Shown: positions 17,519-25,399 of the stretch, in pieces
Layout of the letters: the number at the start of each line of letters is the position of its first letter
Numbering within the stretch: position 1 is the stretch's first letter
Origin: Escherichia phage SME50
Length of the DNA: 64,000 nt
Sequence record: MT887289.1
Reading direction: 5' to 3' (one strand)
Translations under genes and position numbers: made by a program
Notes under the pieces: model-generated
Databases searched by the model: none
Seen by the model: the letters and a program-made list of their open reading frames with translations, nothing else
Told to the model about the DNA's origin: nothing

Positions 17519-18304
17519 ATGGGTATTGTAAAAATTATCAATGGGGATATCTTCTCAGCATTTGATAAAGGTAAGTTTGATATCATTGGTCACGGTTGCA
17601 ACTGTATGAACTTAATGGGTGCAGGTATCGCTGACAAGATTTCTAAACTTTACCCAAAAGCATATGAGACTGATACAGAAGTTTATCTGTATGCAGGAGG
17701 TATAGGTCACAAACCCTGTGAAAATTTACTAGGCAACTTCTCTGTAGCACGTTTAAAACAAGGACGTATAGCTAACCTTTACACTCAGCTTAAGACTGGT
17801 AAAGATGCCCGATACAGTGCTTTAGAGTCATCTTTGAAACAGCTTAACAGATACTGTGAAGTCAATCAGTTGAAGAAAGTTGGGTTACCTATGATTGGTG
17901 CAGGTATCGGTGGACTAGACCCTCAAGCCGTCACAGTTATCATTAATCAGGTGATGAAGAGTGTAGATGTGTATCTGTATGTCTACGAAGGAGAGATGTA
18001 CCACAAGTTACGCTCAGGTTGGAAGAACTACTGTGAACCAGAATACTTTGCAGGTGTAGTAGTGTTCACTGATGATGCAGTTACCCTCTTCAGACGAAGA
18101 AAAGGTAAGATACATCAAAGTAACCCTCCGGTTGAAAAGATGTCTCTAAGTAACGCTCTAGTTACCCACCTGTCGAAGAGCAATCACAGAATTGCAGTAA
18201 CATTTGGCAGTGATGCAGATACATATATCTATGCAAGAACTGATGAGGATGTTGAGGAAATTTTCTCTTCACCGGAAGTAACCTTCTTAGACGCAAAGAA
18301 CTAA
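17519..18304 (+). CDS. macro-domain-like protein (ADP-ribose binding/processing) with C-terminal extension
   Basis: N-terminal IINGDIFSAF...DIIGHGCNCMNLMGAGIA and later GLPMIGAGIGG resemble macro-domain Gly-rich loops. Confidence 0.5.
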   Translation: MGIVKIINGDIFSAFDKGKFDIIGHGCNCMNLMGAGIADKISKLYPKAYETDTEVYLYAGGIGHKPCENLLGNFSVARLKQGRIANLYTQLKTGKDARYSALESSLKQLNRYCEVNQLKKVGLPMIGAGIGGLDPQAVTVIINQVMKSVDVYLYVYEGEMYHKLRSGWKNYCEPEYFAGVVVFTDDAVTLFRRRKGKIHQSNPPVEKMSLSNALVTHLSKSNHRIAVTFGSDADTYIYARTDEDVEEIFSSPEVTFLDAKN

Positions 18305-18375
18305 GAAACTCTGTAGAATATTCACAATAGGTTAAGCCTTTCTTATCTGGTAAATTTTTCAGGTAAGGAGGGCTT

Positions 18376-18571
18376 TTTCATTTCAGGATTGTGCAGGTAG
18401 AGTTCTGGACAGAAATCTGTAGAGAAAATTTTGAACTCCAAAGAGAAAATTCATTTTCAAACTGTGCAGGTAATCTCCAAAGAGCTTTTTCATTTTCAAA
18501 ACGTGCAGACCCCGCTCAGGTCGGGCAAGAAAAATCATTTTAGAATTGTGCAGGTAGGTGGGTGCAGGTGG
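18376..18571. repeat. four direct repeats of about 22 bp (TTCATTTTCAAAnnGTGCAGGT) in an intergenic region
   Basis: Copies near 18376, 18449, 18488, 18535, followed by GTGGGTGCAGGTGGGG. Confidence 0.6.
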
Positions 18572-18743
18572 GGATGTCGCCATTTCTCACAAGGCTACCA
18601 CATCTGAAAAGAAAAGTCAACAGAAAAATTTGTAGCGGATTGAAAAATAATTCTTGATTGTAGTTCTGTTTTGTGGTAGTCGCGTGCGCCCGTTTCATTA
18701 CAGTTTTTGCAAAAATATTTTTAAAATTCCTATTGACTCTTTG

Positions 18744-18772
18744 AATATGGTTATCTAATATTTGCATCAGAC
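18744..18772 (+). promoter_or_regulatory. sigma70-like promoter for the small-gene cluster
   Basis: TTGACT - 17 nt - TAATAT. Confidence 0.5.
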
Positions 18773-18811
18773 GGGCAATCAAGCCCACTTCCTAAACTGG
18801 AGAATCAAAAA

Positions 18812-19018
18812 ATGCTTTACAGTCGTGAATTGATGGTTACAACTAACGTTAACACAAAGGTAAAACGTTTTTATATGCAAGTGTGCGGCGCATGGCGTAG
18901 AATATCAGAAGCTGATTATTGCAACTATGTAGAAACGGCAATCAATTCTAATTGCTACCTTACGAAGAATACAAAGCGACATATAAAACAGACAGCGGTT
19001 TACTATTACGATATATAA
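18812..19018 (+). CDS. small hypothetical protein (small-gene cluster)
   Basis: 68-aa ORF preceded by GGAGAATCAAAAAATG leader. Confidence 0.5.
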   Translation: MLYSRELMVTTNVNTKVKRFYMQVCGAWRRISEADYCNYVETAINSNCYLTKNTKRHIKQTAVYYYDI

Positions 19019-19025
19019 AAAGTAC

Positions 19026-19054
19026 TTTACAGGGGGCTTAAAAGCTGATATCTT
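19026..19054 (+). promoter_or_regulatory. promoter cassette, type 1 (TTTACA - 17-nt GC-palindromic spacer - TATCTT)
   Basis: Conserved AGTACTTTACAGGGGGCTTA...TAAGCCCC element followed by leader CCTTAAACTAGGAGATTCAAAAATG. Confidence 0.45.
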
Positions 19055-19108
19055 AAGCCCCAGATAAAGAGCTTTACTTAATTAACCCTTAAACTAGGAG
19101 ATTCAAAA

Positions 19109-19489
19109 ATGGCTTATCGTGCACCTAAATTCATCAACAAAGACAACTTTCGCAACGCACTGGAGAAGTCACTTGATGAAAATTTTAAAGGTAACATTAT
19201 CGTTGTTCACGCATTCAATTTTAAGTATGATGTAAACGGGAATAGAATCAACCATTACACAGCAACCATGTTAGATGGTACGCTATCAAGTGAAAAAGCT
19301 GTACTGAATGCACTTGCAGGACGTGGTAAAAACCTGATAAGATGCGATAAGAGACGTTATCAGGGTGGCGCATATGGTTATGATGATGCTGTTTATCATC
19401 TTGAAAATATGGGCTATTCAGTGGAAAAAGCTGGAGTGTCTCAAATAATCGGCAGTGACGGCTATGTGACAATTTTCAAAATTAACTAA
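19109..19489 (+). CDS. small hypothetical protein (small-gene cluster)
   Basis: 126-aa ORF behind conserved leader. Confidence 0.55.
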   Translation: MAYRAPKFINKDNFRNALEKSLDENFKGNIIVVHAFNFKYDVNGNRINHYTATMLDGTLSSEKAVLNALAGRGKNLIRCDKRRYQGGAYGYDDAVYHLENMGYSVEKAGVSQIIGSDGYVTIFKIN

Positions 19490-19497
19490 TAAAGTAC

Positions 19498-19526
19498 TTT
19501 ACAGGGGGCTTATAGTTCGATAAAGT
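19498..19526 (+). promoter_or_regulatory. promoter cassette, type 1 (TTTACA - 17 - TAAAGT)
   Basis: Same conserved hairpin-containing cassette. Confidence 0.45.
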
Positions 19527-19580
19527 AAGCCCCAGATAAAGAGCTTTACTTAATTAACCCTTAAACTAGGAGATTCAAAA

Positions 19581-19871
19581 ATGGCTATTATTAAAAACGT
19601 TGTAATTCCTGCAAAAACTCGTGATGACGCTCGCATCATGGCGAAAAAGTTAGGCGGGAAAGTGGTTGACAACGGAAAACAAACTGCTGTAAGGTGGAAC
19701 GTGAAGGCGGATAAACAAATGAATTTAAAAAATTCACCAATAAACCTTTTTACATGTGTAAACACTATCGGGAAAACGAATGTATACACTAAAAAGGCAT
19801 ATATCAGACGCATCGCCATGACGTCACCTATTCGCACAATGAGAAGTCATGCAAAGCTGAAAATTAAGTAA
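19581..19871 (+). CDS. small hypothetical protein (small-gene cluster)
   Basis: 96-aa ORF behind conserved leader. Confidence 0.55.
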   Translation: MAIIKNVVIPAKTRDDARIMAKKLGGKVVDNGKQTAVRWNVKADKQMNLKNSPINLFTCVNTIGKTNVYTKKAYIRRIAMTSPIRTMRSHAKLKIK

Positions 19872-19879
19872 TAGAGTAC

Positions 19880-19908
19880 TTTACAGGGGGCTTAAAAGCT
19901 GATATCTT
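19880..19908 (+). promoter_or_regulatory. promoter cassette, type 1 (TTTACA - 17 - TATCTT)
   Basis: Same conserved cassette. Confidence 0.45.
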
Positions 19909-19961
19909 AAGCCCCAGATAAAGAGCTTTACCACTCAATCCTTAAACTAGGAGATTCAAAA

Positions 19962-20474
19962 ATGAAAACTGTAGACGCTACCTTTGAAGTTGTAAAAGAA
20001 AAATTTTCCATCATTTACGAAGCTGTCAATTGCTACGAAGCAAGCCATAATCTTGATAATTGGAAGTTTACAGATGACCATCAAGGCGGTGTGACTATTA
20101 AAAACCCCAACTGTCAGCGTAATGGATTTAAATATGCAATTCCTTTACATTACAGCCTTAAACAGCTTTCAATTGACTATGCAAAACAAGGCCGGGAAAA
20201 TCCATCGAAAGAGGCTTACATCAGCTTACAGAAAGAACTAGAAAGAGATTTAGAGGCTTCAGAATATAACATCGCCGCGAAAGTTGTAGATGCAAACGGT
20301 AGCACGGTTTTAGAGAGTTTTTATATTGGTTATGCTTTCGATTGGTGCTACAGTGACGGCGATGATTTAGATGACAGACTAAAAGAGGAAGTGAACAACG
20401 CAGACGCAGAATCTGAAGTATTAGAACGCTTGGAAGCATTAAAAGATTCAGTGATGAATATCTTTAAGAACTAA
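19962..20474 (+). CDS. small hypothetical protein (small-gene cluster)
   Basis: 170-aa ORF behind conserved leader. Confidence 0.55.
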   Translation: MKTVDATFEVVKEKFSIIYEAVNCYEASHNLDNWKFTDDHQGGVTIKNPNCQRNGFKYAIPLHYSLKQLSIDYAKQGRENPSKEAYISLQKELERDLEASEYNIAAKVVDANGSTVLESFYIGYAFDWCYSDGDDLDDRLKEEVNNADAESEVLERLEALKDSVMNIFKN

Positions 20475-20483
20475 ATAGACCTC

Positions 20484-20512
20484 TTTACACGGGGCTAACA
20501 AGCGGATATGAT
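20484..20512 (+). promoter_or_regulatory. promoter cassette, type 1 variant (TTTACA - 17 - TATGAT)
   Basis: CTCTTTACACGGGGCTAACAAGCGGATATGATAGCCCC then conserved leader. Confidence 0.45.
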
Positions 20513-20565
20513 AGCCCCAGATAAAGAGATTTATCAAATTAACCCTTAAACTAGGAGATTCAAAA

Positions 20566-20862
20566 ATGAAACTATCAAATAAAGTCCGTGAAAATCTAAG
20601 CAAGTTGCTTAATAAAATTGATTTCATTGAAACATCAAGGAATAGCCATGATGTTATGGAATGGTTACACGGAAAAATCAAAGGCCGTCGTGTAGTGATT
20701 TGCTTATGGAATAGTTGCAGGGAATATAAAAAACCTGTATTACAAGTCAATATCTATGATGATACTTTTAAAAGCCCTGTAAAGTCTAAAAGCGATTTAT
20801 TAGAATCTTATGAGATAACTGTAAATGGCAAGGTATCACGTAAAGAGGAAGCACCATGTTAA
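20566..20862 (+). CDS. small hypothetical protein (small-gene cluster)
   Basis: 98-aa ORF behind conserved leader. Confidence 0.55.
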   Translation: MKLSNKVRENLSKLLNKIDFIETSRNSHDVMEWLHGKIKGRRVVICLWNSCREYKKPVLQVNIYDDTFKSPVKSKSDLLESYEITVNGKVSRKEEAPC

Positions 20863-21188
20863 TGATGGGTATCACTGCAATCATTGCCATTATAGCACTT
20901 TACAAGGCTTATAGCGCATATAATTTGGCAAGTAAGGCAATCACGCAGCAGGTCAATAATAACCTTGTAATGAGCTTTCTGGAGCGTTTAAGCGATGAAC
21001 AAATAAAACGGTTAGAAATGAGCTTCAGATTTCAATCAAAAACTTATCAAATCAGCGACATTTTCAAAGATGATTTTCAGCTCGTCGATGATTATAACTC
21101 TCTGATAAATGCTTTAAATATCAGTGATTTAAAAGATTATCATGCTGTAATAGTTCAAGAATTGAGCAAACGAAAACAAAATTCTTGA
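20856..21188 (+). CDS. small membrane protein (small-gene cluster)
   Basis: 110-aa ORF with N-terminal TM segment; overlaps the upstream stop. Confidence 0.5.
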   Translation: MLMMGITAIIAIIALYKAYSAYNLASKAITQQVNNNLVMSFLERLSDEQIKRLEMSFRFQSKTYQISDIFKDDFQLVDDYNSLINALNISDLKDYHAVIVQELSKRKQNS

Positions 21189-21213
21189 CACTGATTTTTA
21201 GATAGATTAAATT
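21185..21213 (+). promoter_or_regulatory. promoter cassette, type 2 (TTGACA - 17 - TAAATT) with conserved hairpin leader
   Basis: TTGACACTGATTTTTAGATAGATTAAATT, then leader ATCAACGGGGAGGGATTAACCTTCCC...CCTTAAACTAGGAGATTCGAAAATG. Confidence 0.55.
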
Positions 21214-21277
21214 ACTCATCAACGGGGAGGGATTAACCTTCCCACTAAGTAAAGTCCTTAAACTAGGAGATTCGAAA

Positions 21278-21436
21278 ATGATTCAAATAGGTGATAAAGT
21301 TGTCTGGAACGATATAGACAATGATTTATGCACAAAAATTGTAATTGTCTTAGAGCTTGATTATATAATTGGTGTTGCAACTGTTGCAGATAATGATATA
21401 ATCTTTGATGTTTTAATCAGTGAGCTATCGAAATAA
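21278..21436 (+). CDS. small hypothetical protein (52 aa; below track cutoff)
   Basis: ATG directly after the conserved leader; open frame to TAA at 21434-21436. Confidence 0.4.
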   Translation: MIQIGDKVVWNDIDNDLCTKIVIVLELDYIIGVATVADNDIIFDVLISELSK

Positions 21437-21459
21437 GCCTTAAACTAGGAGATTCGAAA

Positions 21460-21732
21460 ATGTATACTACTAACAACGGTCGCACTTTGAACGTAACCCT
21501 GCGCCACTATGTGAACGGTGTAATGCACTTCGAGGATTTACAAGCCGAACAACATATCTTGGATTGGCAAGTAGCAGGACTCCAAAAAACTGCTACAGGA
21601 TACGGGAAAAAGATTCCAACTAGTTGGAAAGTATACTACGAAGGGCGTTTGCGCAGAATTTATCAAGATGTATACAGTAATAGCGCATCAAGTTACATCA
21701 TAGTAAAAGGTAAAAAGCTGCATTTAGTATAA
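21460..21732 (+). CDS. small hypothetical protein (small-gene cluster)
   Basis: 90-aa ORF preceded by leader GCCTTAAACTAGGAGATTCGAAAATG. Confidence 0.55.
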   Translation: MYTTNNGRTLNVTLRHYVNGVMHFEDLQAEQHILDWQVAGLQKTATGYGKKIPTSWKVYYEGRLRRIYQDVYSNSASSYIIVKGKKLHLV

Positions 21733-21737
21733 AGTAC

Positions 21738-21766
21738 TTTACAAGGGGCTTATAGTTCGATAAAGT
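21738..21766 (+). promoter_or_regulatory. promoter cassette, type 1 (TTTACA - 17 - TAAAGT)
   Basis: Same conserved cassette. Confidence 0.45.
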
Positions 21767-21817
21767 AAGCCCCAGATAAAGAGCTTTAACACTCAATCCT
21801 AAATTGGAGATTCTAAA

Positions 21818-22222
21818 ATGGCTATTAATAATCGTGAGTTATCAATCTTAAAAGCACGTTTGACCGTTAATCGGATTAATGTTATTACATCATCAGCACC
21901 GGATGAGACATTGCACAACATTATCGGGAAGATTCAAAGTGTTATCTTAGACGTTGAAAACGTAAAAAACTCACTGGCTGACGTTGCAGCAGGTATCACG
22001 CTAGACGGTGCGCAATATGAAATGGCTGACATGTTAGGCAAATCTAAGGTAATGAATAAAGAGTTAGACTTGAAAATGTTTAGATTTGCTGTTAAAGTGT
22101 GGCTATCTGTCGAGTATGACGCAAATTTTGCAATCGCTGACTTTTTCGCAACATGGTTGCAACGTAATTTAACAAATCATGATTTCCGTGATGTCTGTGA
22201 TGCAATTTATGCGGAACTCTAA
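21818..22222 (+). CDS. small hypothetical protein (small-gene cluster)
   Basis: 134-aa ORF. Confidence 0.55.
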   Translation: MAINNRELSILKARLTVNRINVITSSAPDETLHNIIGKIQSVILDVENVKNSLADVAAGITLDGAQYEMADMLGKSKVMNKELDLKMFRFAVKVWLSVEYDANFAIADFFATWLQRNLTNHDFRDVCDAIYAEL

Positions 22223-22235
22223 AAAAAAAAAACTG

Positions 22236-22264
22236 TTGACACTGATTTTTAGATATATTAAATT
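22236..22264 (+). promoter_or_regulatory. promoter cassette, type 2 (TTGACA - 17 - TAAATT)
   Basis: TTGACACTGATTTTTAGATATATTAAATT plus hairpin leader. Confidence 0.55.
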
Positions 22265-22329
22265 ACGCATTAACGGGGAGGGAATGAACTTCCCCACTAA
22301 GTAAAGTCCTTAAACTAGGAGATTCTAAA

Positions 22330-22533
22330 ATGGCTATTATTAACGGCTTAACCATTGAAACAACACACATCAAAGACATTAAAGTTGGTGATGTAGTCCT
22401 TTCCCACGGCGTAGAGAAAACTGTTACTGCAAAGGATATTAAAGAGGATTCTTTCATGGGTAGGACTCTCTTCGGTGATTCTTATTGCTTGGGTTATCTT
22501 GCAGTTTTAAAAGTTGTCAAAAATAACCGTTAA
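22330..22533 (+). CDS. small hypothetical protein (small-gene cluster)
   Basis: 67-aa ORF behind conserved leader. Confidence 0.5.
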   Translation: MAIINGLTIETTHIKDIKVGDVVLSHGVEKTVTAKDIKEDSFMGRTLFGDSYCLGYLAVLKVVKNNR

Positions 22534-22538
22534 AGTAC

Positions 22539-22567
22539 TTTACAAGGGGCTTATAGTTCGATAAAGT
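22539..22567 (+). promoter_or_regulatory. promoter cassette, type 1 (TTTACA - 17 - TAAAGT)
   Basis: Same conserved cassette. Confidence 0.45.
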
Positions 22568-22625
22568 AAGCCCCAGATAAAGAGCTTTACCACTCAATCA
22601 AGTCCTTAAACTAGGAGATTCAAAA

Positions 22626-23189
22626 ATGAAATGCTATCACGGCACTACTCTGAAAAACTTTGTAAACCTGCTGAATGGTGGCGACAAGCCTGAAGGAATC
22701 TGGAACTGCTCCTACATGGATGATTGTTTCTACGTTTACCCAATGAACAAGGTTATCAAAACGGAATGTCTGGAAGATGAGGAAGATTCTTATATCCGTG
22801 AACGCTGCATTCAAAGCGCCTTAGAGTCTGGACTTATTACGGCAGCTTTCCAAATGGAAACGCAGGAAGTGATTGTTATCGAAATGGATATCCCAGAGGA
22901 AGAACTTGAGGACGATTATTCTTGTGACAACATGAGCGAAATTGCCAGCTTTACCGGATACTTTGATAAGAATTGGATTATCGGTATACACTCGACGAAA
23001 TTTAGTGCGATGTATGCGCCTTTCTTTGTACCGGATACAACTAACCGTAATTTAGGATATATTGACGATGATTTGTTAAGTATGGCGAAAATTGTACAGA
23101 ATAGCGGTGATAGTTCCGTGTTTTGTGACCTACTTGATAAAATCACGGCAAACATCACAGAACGCAATTTAAAAGACTTTTTAGGTTAA
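22626..23189 (+). CDS. hypothetical acidic protein (small-gene cluster)
   Basis: 187-aa ORF behind conserved leader. Confidence 0.55.
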   Translation: MKCYHGTTLKNFVNLLNGGDKPEGIWNCSYMDDCFYVYPMNKVIKTECLEDEEDSYIRERCIQSALESGLITAAFQMETQEVIVIEMDIPEEELEDDYSCDNMSEIASFTGYFDKNWIIGIHSTKFSAMYAPFFVPDTTNRNLGYIDDDLLSMAKIVQNSGDSSVFCDLLDKITANITERNLKDFLG

Positions 23190-23252
23190 TCAGTACAAAG
23201 ACACCAACTTCCAACTTAAGGCCCGTACAGGGCCATTTAGAGGGCTTCAATC

Positions 23253-23486
23253 ATGCTTACAACCATTTACCTCATCCTTTCCATTTGTAATGGTCATTCA
23301 TGCGATTTTAAAGGGCTTGAGGAGTTTACAGGGAGTAAAGAAAATGTTATTCATACCTGTCAGATAGCAAGGCAAGACTATCCCGCCAGTGATGATATAC
23401 AATGTTACTTTAAGACAGAAGATAATGACGGCGTTTATTTTGATAGCGTAGACGGTCAATATGAAATTATCATTGAAAAAGACTAG
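23253..23486 (+). CDS. small hypothetical protein
   Basis: 77-aa ORF; preceded by hairpin GGCCCGTACAGGGCC rather than the conserved leader. Confidence 0.45.
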   Translation: MLTTIYLILSICNGHSCDFKGLEEFTGSKENVIHTCQIARQDYPASDDIQCYFKTEDNDGVYFDSVDGQYEIIIEKD

Positions 23487-23512
23487 ACAAGCCTGATAAA
23501 AGTCTGTAAATT
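23484..23512 (+). promoter_or_regulatory. promoter cassette, type 2 (TAGACA - 17 - TAAATT)
   Basis: Followed by the ATCAACGGGGAGG... hairpin leader. Confidence 0.5.
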
Positions 23513-23576
23513 GTCAATCAACGGGGAGGTAATAACCTCCCTACTAAACAAAATCCTTAAACTAGGAGATTCGAAA

Positions 23577-23918
23577 ATGGCTTATGTAACCGTAATTACC
23601 AATAAAGAAGATTCATCTTGGTCAACTCAAGTAAGTGACAAGATGTCACCTATGCAGTGCCTAAAATACTTTGAGCAATGGAACAAAGGTGAGGAAACAA
23701 GCCCCTTTCAAGTAATGCAGATTATCCATACAGACAACGAAGGGAATAAAACTGTTTTGAATAGTGAGTACTATGCAACCAGATTCGAAACGAGAAGTAA
23801 AGCAATGAAACTCTTACGTGAATCCGGTTATTCTCATATTGCCGCGCTAATCTGGGATGACCTCCTAAAAAGTCAGCGTATCAGTTATGTAAAACCTGAA
23901 AAAATATTCATCAGTTAA
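23577..23918 (+). CDS. small hypothetical protein (small-gene cluster)
   Basis: Start reassigned to the ATG (MAYVTVITNK) directly after the conserved leader; track ORF starts at 23511 inside the leader. Confidence 0.5.
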   Translation: MAYVTVITNKEDSSWSTQVSDKMSPMQCLKYFEQWNKGEETSPFQVMQIIHTDNEGNKTVLNSEYYATRFETRSKAMKLLRESGYSHIAALIWDDLLKSQRISYVKPEKIFIS

Positions 23919-24047
23919 TCAACAACTTACAAAAAACTTTTAAAAAAGTGTTGACAATGCCCCTTGACATTGGTAACTTTGTTCGAGGGGGTTTATCTAA
24001 AAGGGATTAACTTAAAAGATTCTTTATAGATAAACTTAAAAAATTGC

Positions 24048-24076
24048 TTGCAATCAGATATCAAAACAAGTAAATT
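24048..24076 (+). promoter_or_regulatory. promoter cassette, type 2 (TTGCAA - 17 - TAAATT)
   Basis: Followed by hairpin leader. Confidence 0.5.
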
Positions 24077-24138
24077 ACTAATCAACGGGAGGGATAACCT
24101 CCCCACTAAGTAAAGTCCTTAAACTAGGAGATTCAAAA

Positions 24139-24669
24139 ATGAACAAATTTCAAGCTATCAATTACATCCGCTCAAATAGTGTTATGTCAAAGCCTGTTAA
24201 AGACACCTATGAATTTCGTTGCAATGGTGTACACTTTGCAACCATCACCAAATCAGAAAACGGGGCTTATTACGTTCATCGCCGTAATGTTGCAACCGTT
24301 GTAGTCTCTCACTTTATGCAAGCTGTCGCGGAACTTCTCCCGATGTTTTTAGGGCTTTACTTAGATGAGTGTAAGCACATTCATAACCATGTTAAAAGCC
24401 TTTTAAACGGTTATAAAATGGCTTATGAGCGTTCTATCAAGTCCTTAAACAAGTTTTACAACGCACCTGAAAACACCGTATCAATGGCATACGCTGTAAA
24501 GGGTGAGGCGGTGAGTCTCTTCGAAGTGGAAGAAATCGAGCTTTATGACCATCGCCCCAATGGTTACGCTAAAACTCTCGGTGAAGGTTTAACGTTCAAT
24601 ATCAAGAACTTAGAAAAAACTTTAAAAGATATTGAAAAAGATATTGACGAGACAATCAAAAGTCTGTAA
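24139..24669 (+). CDS. hypothetical protein (small-gene cluster)
   Basis: 176-aa ORF behind conserved leader. Confidence 0.55.
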   Translation: MNKFQAINYIRSNSVMSKPVKDTYEFRCNGVHFATITKSENGAYYVHRRNVATVVVSHFMQAVAELLPMFLGLYLDECKHIHNHVKSLLNGYKMAYERSIKSLNKFYNAPENTVSMAYAVKGEAVSLFEVEEIELYDHRPNGYAKTLGEGLTFNIKNLEKTLKDIEKDIDETIKSL

Positions 24670-24672
24670 ATT
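24644..24672 (+). promoter_or_regulatory. promoter cassette, type 2 (TTGACG - 17 - TAAATT)
   Basis: Lies within the 3' end of the upstream ORF; followed by hairpin leader. Confidence 0.5.
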
Positions 24673-24735
24673 GTCAATCAACGGGGAGGGAATGACCTTC
24701 CCCACTAAGTAAAGTCCTAAACTGGAGTTATCAAG

Positions 24736-24999
24736 ATGGAAAACGTCGAACTGACCACACTTTTACAAATTGCAACCGACAAAGAGGATGTAGCATTATT
24801 CCACCGTATCGAAAGTGATTTGTTCAATGGTGAAATCATTAAAGAATCTTACGAAGTGGTCGGATTCAAAGATGGTAAATCATTTGGATTCTTTGACCTC
24901 GACAAAGGCAACGCTATTACAGAGTATGATGTTTTATCTTGTGAGATTCTGACAAAATACAACGAAAAAAGACTTGCAACATACGCCAACATGCAGTAA
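24736..24999 (+). CDS. small hypothetical protein (small-gene cluster)
   Basis: 87-aa ORF; leader variant CTAAACTGGAGTTATCAAGATG. Confidence 0.5.
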   Translation: MENVELTTLLQIATDKEDVALFHRIESDLFNGEIIKESYEVVGFKDGKSFGFFDLDKGNAITEYDVLSCEILTKYNEKRLATYANMQ

Positions 25000-25002
25000 A
25001 TT
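24974..25002 (+). promoter_or_regulatory. promoter cassette, type 2 (TTGCAA - 17 - TAAATT)
   Basis: Followed by hairpin leader. Confidence 0.5.
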
Positions 25003-25067
25003 ACTAATCAACGGGGAGGGAATGACCTTCCCCACTAAGTAAAGTCCTTAAACTAGGAGATTCTAAA

Positions 25068-25316
25068 ATGGCAACTATCCGCGCAATTGTAAATTCTTAT
25101 GGCTGCTACACTCTGGACGTTAAATTTGATATAGGTGGGACCGATGAGTGTTTCGAACTGGTGAAAACAGTCATTAAACAAGTTATCCCAGACTATAACC
25201 CTACTGATGACTTCTGGAAAGATGCAGTAAAAGAGGCATTGAACGATGAATATCATTACCATTATTGGGGTGATTTGATTGTCTCCCTGTACTACAATAA
25301 ACAAGGTTGCAACTAA
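25068..25316 (+). CDS. small hypothetical protein (last of small-gene cluster)
   Basis: 82-aa ORF behind conserved leader; chosen over the antisense ORF 25053-25325. Confidence 0.5.
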   Translation: MATIRAIVNSYGCYTLDVKFDIGGTDECFELVKTVIKQVIPDYNPTDDFWKDAVKEALNDEYHYHYWGDLIVSLYYNKQGCN

Positions 25317-25353
25317 TCGGCGCAACGGGGCAAATAGCCCCAGATACCTTTAT

Positions 25354-25377
25354 AGCCCCTTAAATGGGGCTTTTTTA
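25354..25377 (+). terminator. rho-independent terminator closing the small-gene cluster
   Basis: AGCCCC-TTAAAT-GGGGCT hairpin followed by TTTTTT. Confidence 0.6.
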
Positions 25378-25399
25378 CGTCTTATCAAATCCTATACAA

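Noticed and set aside
18812-25316. Possible CRISPR array suggested by the regularly repeated conserved cassette
   Set aside because: The intervening units are 150-560 bp of variable length and encode proteins with proper starts; the repeats are promoter/leader cassettes, not CRISPR repeats
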